The notes beneath the pieces were generated by a model. It searched no databases and was not told where the DNA came from. It saw only the letters and a list, made by a program, of their open reading frames with translations. The position numbers and the translations under genes were made by a program. From Candidatus Bathyarchaeota archaeon (lineage in GTDB: Archaea > Thermoproteota > Bathyarchaeia > Bathyarchaeales > Bathycorpusculaceae): 64,000 nt of DNA. Every line of letters begins with the position of its first letter. The first letter of the stretch is position 1. Positions 1 to 8,841 of the stretch are shown piece after piece. The stretch is taken from contig CAWAKC010000006.1 of the NCBI GenBank assembly GCA_963782525.1, forward strand, positions 79,493-143,492, given 5' to 3'.

Positions 1-98
1 AAGAAATTAAGAAAAGGGCAGACGAAACAAACCGAACTATGAAAGAATACATCGAATACTTAATGGCACACGAAAAAGCTAACAAAGCAGGAAAATAA
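1..98 (+). CDS. 3' end of a small protein, possibly ribbon-helix-helix type (partial at window edge)
   Basis: Frame from nt 3 reads EIKKRADETNRTMKEYIEYLMAHEKANKAGK then TAA at 96-98; resembles RHH helices. Confidence 0.45.
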   Translation, partial: EIKKRADETNRTMKEYIEYLMAHEKANKAGK

Positions 99-101
99 TT
101 T

Positions 102-287
102 ACGACCCTAAAAATCCTCCAAAACAACGATCGTGTAGCAGAAGTTCAGTTCATTTGTGATTCCTGCGGTAGGCTGGTAAGGACAAGCCTGATTCCCAGA
201 AAAGAAATCGATGCCCAAAAAAACATGGACGTAACATGTTGGCAATGCAAACATCCAAACTCAGCTAAAGATAAAACTAAAAATTAA
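102..287 (+). CDS. Small zinc-finger protein (CxxC...CxxC), probable non-canonical ACG start
   Basis: Manual translation (M)TLKILQNNDRVAEVQFICDSCGRLVRTSLIPRKEIDAQKNMDVTCWQCKHPNSAKDKTKN*; its stop overlaps the convergent gene's stop (TTAA 284-287); no ATG/GTG/TTG before the first CxxC. Confidence 0.5.
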   Translation, partial: TTLKILQNNDRVAEVQFICDSCGRLVRTSLIPRKEIDAQKNMDVTCWQCKHPNSAKDKTKN

Positions 288-664
288 GTTCGCCTTTCTA
301 ACGCTTCAGCATCGATTATTTCAAGCAACCTAACGACCCGTTTACCCTTGATAGCTTTTTCTTTTTTAGTAATCGTGCTTCTTGACTGACAAATCTCATC
401 CAGAATAATCCCTACATCTTCGTCCACAATCACCGGGTACACTCTGCAGCCAGCAGGTCGATCAGCATAAACACTGCAAAGGCGATTTTTGCGGTCGTAG
501 AAAACACAGTAACCCTCACGATTTTTTAGAATTGCATAGCCTTGTTTGTCTAAGTTTATGAATTGGTTTTGACTGAAACCCTTCTTCTCCAAACGTTTAA
601 TATCTTTTTTGGAGAGCAACATTTCAGTTTCTGTACAGCAAACTCCGCAGTTTGAGCAATCCAT
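284..664 (-). CDS. YkgJ family cysteine-cluster (Fe-S/Zn) protein
   Basis: CSNCGVCC...CVFYD...CSVYADRPAGCRVYP pattern; start trimmed to MDCSNC. Confidence 0.85.
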   Translation of the reverse strand: MDCSNCGVCCTETEMLLSKKDIKRLEKKGFSQNQFINLDKQGYAILKNREGYCVFYDRKNRLCSVYADRPAGCRVYPVIVDEDVGIILDEICQSRSTITKKEKAIKGKRVVRLLEIIDAEALERRT

Positions 665-714
665 AGGCGATGATGTGTCAAGGCGGTATTTGTGTTTTAT
701 CAATAGCCGCTTTT

Positions 715-963
715 TTAGGCTGGATTTTTCATCAAGTTCATGTTGAGCATTTCTGCCCAAGCCACATTTTTAAGAGGTACACGGGTGACTTTATGATTGC
801 TTGACAGAGAGTACTCGAGTAGGTTGTTTTTTTTCCCTACGCCCTTGTGGATTTTTGTCAATTGAACGTTAACGATTACGGCTCCGTCTTTTAGGTGCAG
901 GTTAACGTTTCTTCCGATAAATGATCGTGCACTATTAGCGCTAAAACTCTCCATTTTTACCAT
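715..963 (-). CDS. Small hypothetical protein, possible Sm-like beta fold
   Basis: FIGRNVNLHLKDGAVIVNVQL resembles Sm1-like strands; GAGG upstream; start at 963 or 954. Confidence 0.55.
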   Translation of the reverse strand: MVKMESFSANSARSFIGRNVNLHLKDGAVIVNVQLTKIHKGVGKKNNLLEYSLSSNHKVTRVPLKNVAWAEMLNMNLMKNPA

Positions 964-1227
964 TCCTCGTCTTGCTCTGAGATTTTGCTCCAGCATTGTT
1001 GGCAAATTGGCAGATTTTCGCCTTTAATTTGGATGTAGAGTTTAATGTTTTCACTGTGGCAGGTGTCTTTCCATGGGTTTTTACAATGTTCCATATTTTT
1101 TCCTCACACACCCCTTTTGGTGTTTTTGCTTTTAAGGCAGTTGCAGAAACATACTTTTGGTTCCGGGGAGGGGTCAGTGAAAGTAAAACTTTATACGGCA
1201 AGTTTTCGATTAGTAACTTGTGAGTTA

Positions 1228-1673
1228 ATGGTTTTTAACCTCATTTTTGCAATAGTCACAGCGAGCTTACTTATCCAATTAGCGGTTTTGTCCCTTCTGA
1301 TTTACGGTTACCTACTTTATCGACGGTTGAAGTTCCGTCAACACGGCATATCATGTCATACGCCGTTTTTGTGCAAGTTGCAGCGGTTTTCTCGATTATG
1401 GTTCCCTCGTTTGTTCTCGCAGTTTTCCCATACTACGTCGTCCCACACACATTAGAATTGGTATCTATCGTTAGCTTAATCCACGAGGTCACTGGCGGCT
1501 TAGCATTCGCTCTCGGCGTTTGGTTTGTTGCTTCCTGGCGTTTCCGCAAAGACTTCAAAGGTTGCTTTAACAAAAGAAAATTGATGCTCGCAACGATGGT
1601 TGTCTGGGTAACAGCCTTAGCTTTTGGAATAACATTGTACACGATTTTCAACTGGGCTATTCTGATGGGTTAA
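1228..1673 (+). pseudogene. Frameshifted DUF420-like 4-TM membrane protein
   Basis: MVFNLIFAIV...KFRQHGI continues in another frame as MSYAVFVQV...IHEVTGGLA; 1-nt loss near 1350 (CACGGCATA-TCATG). Confidence 0.7.
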
Positions 1674-2211
1674 ACTCAACGATTTGGGGCACAATGGCTT
1701 CTTTAGTGATTTTTAGTAACCCAACCGAAGGCTTATTGAAGGGAGAACTGGGGTTAGTTGCGCTTCCAGGGTTAATGTATAGAATATTGTTTTCCCAACT
1801 AATGTTTGCCTTGTGAGTGTGCCCACAAACAAAAACGTTAAACCCATTCTGCTGGACGATTTCTATGCTTTTGGCTAAGCCGAAGGCAATGTCTGGATCA
1901 TGCATCACGCCGATTTTCCAATCAAAAACCTTCATTGAATTGAGCATTGGAAACGCAGTGTTAACTTCTAAGCCGTCCATGTTGCCGTGAACCGCCAACA
2001 CGGGGGCAATCTGTTCTAGCTCATCTATTACAGCCAACTCTACTACGTCGCCTGCGTGTATTATGTAGTCAGCGCCTTCAAAGATTTCAAAAACTCTCTT
2101 GGGCAGGCATCTTGCTTGTTTGGGAACATGCGTGTCTGCGATTAAGCCTATGGTTTTTACTACTTTGTAGTCTGGGGGGTCTTTGTTTATGAGTGCTTGT
2201 CCACCGAACAT
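1657..2211 (-). CDS. Metallophosphoesterase, YfcE/MJ0936 family
   Basis: ADTH, HAGD, GNMD, GHTH, NPGS motifs. Confidence 0.9.
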   Translation of the reverse strand: MFGGQALINKDPPDYKVVKTIGLIADTHVPKQARCLPKRVFEIFEGADYIIHAGDVVELAVIDELEQIAPVLAVHGNMDGLEVNTAFPMLNSMKVFDWKIGVMHDPDIAFGLAKSIEIVQQNGFNVFVCGHTHKANISWENNILYINPGSATNPSSPFNKPSVGLLKITKEAIVPQIVEFNPSE

Positions 2212-2307
2212 TTTGGTTGCCTCTTAAGCAGGCGGGTCTTCGATAATACATGTATGTTTGACAATAAATATTGAACTGTTGGAAAATTGAAAAAAATAAA
2301 AAAGAAG

Positions 2308-3666
2308 TTAAGTCATGAATCTTTTGACCGTCTCGTAGAATATGCTGGTTCCAAAAACAAGATTTTCAATGGTTATTCGTTCATCGATGCCGTGCATGCG
2401 CTTTTCCAGTTCATCGTTAGGTTCGTCTGGTCGCATTGGATGGAAACCGTAGCATATGCTGCCTGTTTCTCTAAAGAAGCGTGAATCTGTACCACCCGTA
2501 GTCAGGGTCGGTGTTACGCCACAGGTTGGTTCAAACTCTTTTAGAACATCTGTGATGGCGCCGTAGAGCGGGGTTTGAGTGGTTGATTCGTTGCCATCAT
2601 GCATCTGAATAATCTCAAAACTCAATTTATCCATGCCGATACCTTTAAGCAGAGTTTTGATTGTGGAAAGCGCTTCATCTACACTTTGTCCGGGCAATAC
2701 TCGGCAATCGAAAACGGTGTCGCATTCTGATGGGATAATGTTTTCTTTTATTCCGCCATGAATTATTGTTGGTGTGATGGTCATTTTGGTTCTCGGCCTT
2801 ATTTCTTCAGCCAACGCCTTATCTGTCTTAGCTAATTCGTCAAGGATTTGTTCGCTCTGCTTTGGATTTTTGAGTAAACGTGAAAAATCCGTTTCCAGGT
2901 CGGGGTTGAGTTTTGCTACTTCAATAAGAAATTGCCTAAGGGTTGGCACATACAATGTTTCTGGTTGGTAGTCTCCAAGTTTAGTTATGACTTTGTTCAT
3001 TCTTACGATAGCGTTGTCTGCCATGTTTGGTGTTGAACCGTGTCCAGGAGTGCCTTTGGCTTTTATTTTGAACCAAAGGATGCCTTTTTCGGCTGTTTGT
3101 ACTGGGTAGATGTTGCCTTTTTTCTGTGGAATGGCTAATCCTCCACCCTCGTTGAGGACGTAAGGGCACCAAACCTTTTCTTTTTGGTTCTGCAATAGGT
3201 AGCCTGCGCCTTCTTCGCCGCCTTTTTCCTCGTCAGCGGTCGCTGCCAAAACTATGTCGCCTTTGAGCGGGACCTTGTTTCTTTTGAGGAGCAGAAGAGT
3301 TAACACTTCCACAGCAGTCATGCCTTTCATGTCGTATGCCCCCCTGCCGAAGACATAGCCGTCTTTAACTGTGCCAGCAAACGGGTCAACGCTCCATTCC
3401 GCAGGGTTCGCAGATACAACGTCCAAATGTGAAAGCAATAGTAAGTTAGGTTTTTCACCCGAGCCATTTAATCGAGTGATTACGCTGCCCCTGCCTGGTG
3501 CCGACTCGATGATTTCGGATTTTAATCCATCTTTTGCGAGGTATTCGGCTATGAAATGTGCTGCTTTTGTCTCGTTTCCAGGAGGGTTAGTTGTGTTTAT
3601 ACGAATTAAATCGCTAAGAAAATGTGTGATTTCCTGTTCTATCTGGTTTTGTATTTGTATCGGCAT
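2308..3666 (-). CDS. M20/M25/M40 family metallo-hydrolase (ArgE/DapE-like)
   Basis: SHLDVV, GRGAYDMKG, ADEE, GGTDSR, MHGIDE motifs. Confidence 0.9.
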   Translation of the reverse strand: MPIQIQNQIEQEITHFLSDLIRINTTNPPGNETKAAHFIAEYLAKDGLKSEIIESAPGRGSVITRLNGSGEKPNLLLLSHLDVVSANPAEWSVDPFAGTVKDGYVFGRGAYDMKGMTAVEVLTLLLLKRNKVPLKGDIVLAATADEEKGGEEGAGYLLQNQKEKVWCPYVLNEGGGLAIPQKKGNIYPVQTAEKGILWFKIKAKGTPGHGSTPNMADNAIVRMNKVITKLGDYQPETLYVPTLRQFLIEVAKLNPDLETDFSRLLKNPKQSEQILDELAKTDKALAEEIRPRTKMTITPTIIHGGIKENIIPSECDTVFDCRVLPGQSVDEALSTIKTLLKGIGMDKLSFEIIQMHDGNESTTQTPLYGAITDVLKEFEPTCGVTPTLTTGGTDSRFFRETGSICYGFHPMRPDEPNDELEKRMHGIDERITIENLVFGTSIFYETVKRFMT

Positions 3667-3829
3667 GTTTTTTGGGCTCCCCCCCTGTTTAGAACAGGTT
3701 TTTTCTCTTAAGAGTTCCTGTTGTATGTCTGCATGTTGTGCTGGAAGTTTTTCTGGTTATCCAACATGATGTTTATATATGATGGCAAAAAATGCTATTG
3801 GATAACAAAAAGCGGTTAAGTTGATTGTA

Positions 3830-4348
3830 ATGAAAGAATTGAAACCAATTGACTACAAGATTCTGTTTGAGCTCATGAAAGACTCGCACAGAAGCGACAG
3901 GCAACTTGCAAAAGCCTTAGGTGTTTCTCAGCCGACAGTGACTCGAAGACGAGCAATGCTGGAAGAAAACTATATAGAAGGGTACACTGTGATTCCTAAA
4001 TTCGGGCAAATAGGGTTTGAAATAGCTGCAATAACATTTTTGAAGAGTAAACTAAAATATGCAGCTGGCCAAGAGAAAACTCAGGCATTACATAAGATTA
4101 AAGAATGGTTCATGAAGCAAACCAACGTAATTATGGCTTTAGACGGAAGAGGCATGGGTTGGGATACAGTTTGCATTTCGCTTCATGAAAACTTCGAAAA
4201 CTTTGCAGAGTTCATCAGGGCTCTTGATTCAGAAATGTCAGATTGGGTTGTTGAAAGCCAAACTTTCAATGCTGACTTAAAGGGCGGAATAGTAATTAAG
4301 CCATTCCACCTCAAATATTTGGCTTCCCAAAAAACAGCCACAATCTAA
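3830..4348 (+). CDS. Lrp/AsnC family transcriptional regulator
   Basis: N-terminal HTH DYKILFELMKDSHRSDRQLAKALGVSQPTVTRR. Confidence 0.85.
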   Translation: MKELKPIDYKILFELMKDSHRSDRQLAKALGVSQPTVTRRRAMLEENYIEGYTVIPKFGQIGFEIAAITFLKSKLKYAAGQEKTQALHKIKEWFMKQTNVIMALDGRGMGWDTVCISLHENFENFAEFIRALDSEMSDWVVESQTFNADLKGGIVIKPFHLKYLASQKTATI

Positions 4349-4723
4349 ACCTGAACCCTTTTTTCTTTCTTTATTTTCTTAATTAAATGTTCCAGAGCAC
4401 TCTAACTATTATTTATCAAAAAGGAATCATGAACAATTAAGCTGAGGCTTATTTTCGATTAACTTTCTTTAGCAACCGTTTTTTAGGCAGCTTTGGCTTT
4501 TTTGTTCGAGTTGCATCAACGGTCAAACCAATCTACCTGATTTATTATTGTCGTACTCTAATTATAAGGTAATGGGCTTTCCAGCTTTCAGGGTCGATTT
4601 TCAAAGGCTTGGCAACTTGTTTTCTCTTTTTTTAAGGAACAAAGCCCACATGTGAGGGTAAAAGCATATATCTGTTAACTTGCCCTCTTTATTTTTTATA
4701 TTTAAGTCTAAATAGGCGAAAAT

Positions 4724-5635
4724 ATGGCTTTATCGGACAAAATTCTAAAACTTAAGAAAGAAAAGAAAGCAGTGATTCTGGCTCATAATTATCAACGACC
4801 AGAAATTCAGGATATTGCCGATTATGTCGGAGACAGTATCGAACTTAGTCGAAAAGCAGTTGAAGATAAGGACGCGGAGATAATCGTTTTTTCAGCAGTA
4901 GATTTTATGGCTGAATCGGCAGCGATTTTGAACCCAAAAAAGAGGGTTCTTTTGCCTTGTTTAGGTGCTCGTTGCCCGATGGCGCAGATGCTGACGGTTG
5001 ATGAGATTAAACGCGCTAAAAAGCAGTATCCGGGTGCACCAGCGGTTTTGTACGTTAATACTTTGGCTTCATGTAAAGCTGAATGCGACGTCTGCTGCAC
5101 AAGCGCCAACGCCGTCGAAGTTATAAAATCTCTCGACGCAGACACAATTCTGTTTGGCCCCGATAAGAACCTAGCTGAATACGTCAGTGAAAAAACAGGC
5201 AAAAAACTAATCCCAATTCCAGCCAACGGTTTCTGCCCCACGCACCTCTTATTTCAGCCTGAAGACGTTAAAGTCCTCAAGATGCAGCATCCAGACGCCA
5301 TCGCGATGGCTCATCCTGAATGTAGCTCCGAAATGCGTAAAGCCGCAGACTTTATCGGTAGCACCTCAAAAATGTGCCGTTACGCCAAAGAATCCCACGC
5401 TAAAGACTTCGTAGTCGGTACCGAAGAAGGCATCCTGCATCGATTGCGCAAAGAAAACCCACAGAAAAACTTCTATCTCGCTTACGAAGGCGCCATTTGC
5501 CCCAACATGAAATTAACAACGCTTGACGGACTATACCTTGCTTTAAAAGAGGAGAAGAATGTGGTTACGGTTCCTGAATCGGTCGCAAAGAAGGCTCGTG
5601 CCTCGTTGGAAAGGATGTTTGAAGTCAAAAGTTAA
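4724..5635 (+). CDS. nadA: Quinolinate synthase
   Basis: ILAHNYQRPE, CPMA, YVNT, CPTH, HPEC, CPNMK motifs. Confidence 0.97.
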   Translation: MALSDKILKLKKEKKAVILAHNYQRPEIQDIADYVGDSIELSRKAVEDKDAEIIVFSAVDFMAESAAILNPKKRVLLPCLGARCPMAQMLTVDEIKRAKKQYPGAPAVLYVNTLASCKAECDVCCTSANAVEVIKSLDADTILFGPDKNLAEYVSEKTGKKLIPIPANGFCPTHLLFQPEDVKVLKMQHPDAIAMAHPECSSEMRKAADFIGSTSKMCRYAKESHAKDFVVGTEEGILHRLRKENPQKNFYLAYEGAICPNMKLTTLDGLYLALKEEKNVVTVPESVAKKARASLERMFEVKS

Positions 5636-6039
5636 ACTGAAACGATCATTGATTTGAGGATTTTTACTCCTCTTCTTGAGGCTAAATGGTCGCTTAGGTG
5701 CCTGATCTCTGAGCCTTTGCCTTTCACCGCGATGACTTCGAGGCAGTCGCGTTCGCCCAGATGTATGTGCATTGTCGAAGAAATTAATTCAGTGTGTTGG
5801 TGCTGTTCTTCCGTTAGGTCGCTTTCTAAACCTTTTGTGTCATGGTCGTAAACCATCAATAATACGCCCGTTTGCTGTGCGTTTTCCTCTTTTACCCACT
5901 TGCGTTCAGAAACGTAGAGTCGGACTGCATCTTGGATGGCTTTGCTACGGCTTTCGTAGCCCATTTTTGTGGTGATTTCGTCGAAGTCTTTGAGGAGTTC
6001 AGGTGGAAATGTTACCCCTATGCGGACGATTTTAGACAT
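5632..6039 (-). CDS. nikR: Nickel-responsive regulator NikR
   Basis: N-terminal RHH (RIGVTFPPELLKDFD...SRSKAIQDA); Ni site QH...MHIHL...CLEVI. Confidence 0.93.
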   Translation of the reverse strand: MSKIVRIGVTFPPELLKDFDEITTKMGYESRSKAIQDAVRLYVSERKWVKEENAQQTGVLLMVYDHDTKGLESDLTEEQHQHTELISSTMHIHLGERDCLEVIAVKGKGSEIRHLSDHLASRRGVKILKSMIVSV

Positions 6040-6090
6040 AGCTATTCACAGTTAGAAATTGTTTGTTGTGCCTAAAAGCTTTTATACATA

Positions 6091-6122
6091 CAGTAACACG
6101 TTTCACAAGTAAAGTGTTACTG
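6091..6122. promoter_or_regulatory. Putative NikR operator
   Basis: Perfect inverted repeat CAGTAACAC-N14-GTGTTACTG (core GTAACA-N16-TGTTAC) just downstream of TATA-like TTTTATAC (6080-6087), between nikR and NiCoT. Confidence 0.75.
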
Positions 6123-6137
6123 AGGGCAGAAAAAAAG

Positions 6138-7208
6138 ATGGTGAACCAAGCAACAATCAACCTCTCACGCAATGAAAAAATAAAAATAGCCACAATCTTC
6201 GCCGTGCTAATAACTATCACCGCAATCGGGTTCTCGGCAGCATTCGTCATCGGAAAAATCGCTGTCGTCCTCGGAGGTTTAGGTATCGTTGCCTATGTTT
6301 TCGGGTTACGTCATGGAGTTGACGCAGACCACATCGCAGCCATCGACAACACTACACGCAAACTCATGCAAGAAGGCAAACGCCCTACCACCGTTGGCAT
6401 GTGGTTCTCTTTGGGTCATTCAACGGTAGTTGTGGCCCTGATAATCGCTTTGATACTGGCGACAAGAGCCGTCGCAACGAACATATCTGCCCTTCAGAGC
6501 ACTGGCGCCATCTTAGGCACGCTGGTTTCTGGAAGTTTCCTTTGGATTATCGGCTTCATTAACGCTGTCATCGTGATTGGTATTTACAAGATTTTCCAAA
6601 CCCTAAAACAGGGCAAACTCAACCAAGAAGGACTCGACAACTTGCTCGAAAATCGTGGGTTTATGAATCGCTTCTTTCGCCCACTTTTCAGAGTTATTAG
6701 CAAACCTTGGCACATCTACCCCGTCGGTGTACTCTTCGGGTTAGGATTTGATACTGCCAGTGAAGTTGCCCTCATTGCTATAAGCGTGGGCATTGGCGTT
6801 TCCACGAGTATCCCCCTCTACTACATCTTAATTTTGCCGTTGCTGTTTACCTGTGGAATGGTGACGGTTGACACTGCAGACGGTGTCGCCATGCGGGTTG
6901 CTTACGGCTGGGCGTTCCTAAATCCCATCAGAAAAATATACTACAACCTCACAGTCACTGTCATCTCAGTCCTCGTAGCATGGGCAATAGGAACAATAGA
7001 GCTTCTGCAAGTGCTCTCAACCGAATTAAACCTCAACGGGGTATTCTGGAGCTGGCTCAACGCCATAAACTTTGAAATGATAGGCTTCGGAATAATCGGT
7101 ATATTCATTTTGTCTTGGCTGGCTTCCTTTGGCTACTGGCGATACAAAAAATACGACAAACTGGACCCGTTTACCAAAACACCGCAAGCCCCGATTAAAG
7201 CCACCTAA
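6138..7208 (+). CDS. HoxN/HupN/NixA family high-affinity Ni/Co permease (NiCoT)
   Basis: GLRHGVDADHIAAIDN, FSLGHSTVV, LFGLGFDTASE signatures. Confidence 0.95.
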   Translation: MVNQATINLSRNEKIKIATIFAVLITITAIGFSAAFVIGKIAVVLGGLGIVAYVFGLRHGVDADHIAAIDNTTRKLMQEGKRPTTVGMWFSLGHSTVVVALIIALILATRAVATNISALQSTGAILGTLVSGSFLWIIGFINAVIVIGIYKIFQTLKQGKLNQEGLDNLLENRGFMNRFFRPLFRVISKPWHIYPVGVLFGLGFDTASEVALIAISVGIGVSTSIPLYYILILPLLFTCGMVTVDTADGVAMRVAYGWAFLNPIRKIYYNLTVTVISVLVAWAIGTIELLQVLSTELNLNGVFWSWLNAINFEMIGFGIIGIFILSWLASFGYWRYKKYDKLDPFTKTPQAPIKAT

Positions 7209-7261
7209 ATCCTGCAGTCGTTTTGAAAAGTTTTTATCACTGATTTAATCATCTAAGGCTG

Positions 7262-8152
7262 ATGTCGGGCAAAGAATTTTTCATAGACCGCTACGAACGG
7301 CTAGGCTGGCACTACCAAGAGGTCGCGCTACGCCAAGTCATCCGCGTAAACAATACTAACGCGAAAGGCAAAAAACTCATCCAAAGGCTCTCAGACTTAG
7401 GCGTGCACCTACAAAAAATTCCGTTCCTCGAATCAGGTTACTGGGTGCTGGACTCAAAAGTTTCCGCTGGCGCAACTGCCGAATACCTGCTTGGGTATTA
7501 TTCGATTCAGGAAGCAGCCGCGCAAATCCCCGTTTCAGTTTTTACGCGCCTCAAAGGCAAAAAAGTGCTCGATGTAGCTGCAGCTCCGGGCGGTAAAACC
7601 ATACATTTGGCGGATTTGATGGAGAATTTGGGTGGAATTGTGGCTTTGGATGTGGATAAGTGGCGGTTGAACGCGTTAGTTAACCACGTGGAGCGTTGCC
7701 GCGTTAGTAACGTGGTGGTTTACTTGTTGGATGCACGTCAAGCTTCAACCTTGGGCTTCAAGTTTGATAGGGTGTTGGTTGATGCCCCTTGCTCAGGGAA
7801 TTTTGCAGCCGACAAAAACTGGTTCTCAAATCGAACCCTAAAAGATGTTGAGCGCAACGCTGGCTTGCAACGGGAACTTCTAATGGAAGCGGCAGGTTGC
7901 CTAAGTGACGAGGGAGAAATGGTTTACTCGACCTGTTCTCTTGAGCCTGAAGAAAACGAGCTGAACATAGATTGGGCAATAAAAAACCTCAACCTGCAAA
8001 CTGAAGAAATATACTGCAGCGGAGAAAAAGGATTAACCAACGTCTTCGGCAAACAACTAGACCTATCGATTAAAAACTGCAAACGACTGTGGCCCGGAGA
8101 AACTCAGGGCTTCTTTATTTGCAAACTGAAAAAACGGAGCCCACAAACATGA
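7262..8152 (+). CDS. RsmB/Nop2 family RNA m5C methyltransferase
   Basis: DVAAAPGGKT, DAPCSG, YSTCSL motifs. Confidence 0.92.
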   Translation: MSGKEFFIDRYERLGWHYQEVALRQVIRVNNTNAKGKKLIQRLSDLGVHLQKIPFLESGYWVLDSKVSAGATAEYLLGYYSIQEAAAQIPVSVFTRLKGKKVLDVAAAPGGKTIHLADLMENLGGIVALDVDKWRLNALVNHVERCRVSNVVVYLLDARQASTLGFKFDRVLVDAPCSGNFAADKNWFSNRTLKDVERNAGLQRELLMEAAGCLSDEGEMVYSTCSLEPEENELNIDWAIKNLNLQTEEIYCSGEKGLTNVFGKQLDLSIKNCKRLWPGETQGFFICKLKKRSPQT

Positions 8153-8622
8153 ACACCCGCACAATAACACACTTTGCCGCACAATTCGGCGTACAAATCG
8201 CGTTAAACTTGGATTTGATGGTTGAGCACACTGGGCGTTTTTACCTTGTAAATCCAGTTGTGAAACCGCTGGTTCGGCAAGATTTTTTTTCAGCGGGAGT
8301 TTATTTAGGAAAAGCGAAGGAAGGCAAGTTCTTTCCAAGCTTTTACTTGCTCGGGATGCTTGCGAAAAAAGAAGCTAACCGAATTATTTTGGATAAGAAA
8401 GCAGCCTGGCTCTTTATCTGCAGCAGGGATATTTTGAGGAAAAGTATAATGCGTGTTCAGGGTCCTGGCAAGAAGGATACGAATACTTTGGTGTTTAACG
8501 AATTTGGCGAATGTTTAGGTTTTGGCAGAATTGTTGAAAAATTGCGTGATTCCGCCGTTGGTAATGAAATTGTGGTGAGAAACGTATTGGATATTGGTGA
8601 TTTCCTTCGTAGAGAGCGATAA
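8149..8622 (+). CDS. Nip7-like PUA-domain ribosome biogenesis protein
   Basis: GVYLGK...FFPS, AWLFICSRDI, NEFGECLGFG, DIGDFLRRE; ATGA overlap with the Nop2 gene. Confidence 0.8.
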   Translation: MNTRTITHFAAQFGVQIALNLDLMVEHTGRFYLVNPVVKPLVRQDFFSAGVYLGKAKEGKFFPSFYLLGMLAKKEANRIILDKKAAWLFICSRDILRKSIMRVQGPGKKDTNTLVFNEFGECLGFGRIVEKLRDSAVGNEIVVRNVLDIGDFLRRER

Positions 8623-8841
8623 TGGCGGAATTTTTGGTTATTTGACTAGTTTAAAAGTGTTTTCTGTCTTTTTTTACCGTGAATTAATCAAGAGGTCTTT
8701 CGCACACTATTTTAGAAATTTGCTTACTTTCTGGACATTTATCGATGCTATTGTAGCGATAAATTTATATATGTTTATGTTTAATCTGATTTCCATAACA
8801 TATGGAGACTAAAGCCAAACCTCACAAGGAGAATAAGCAAA

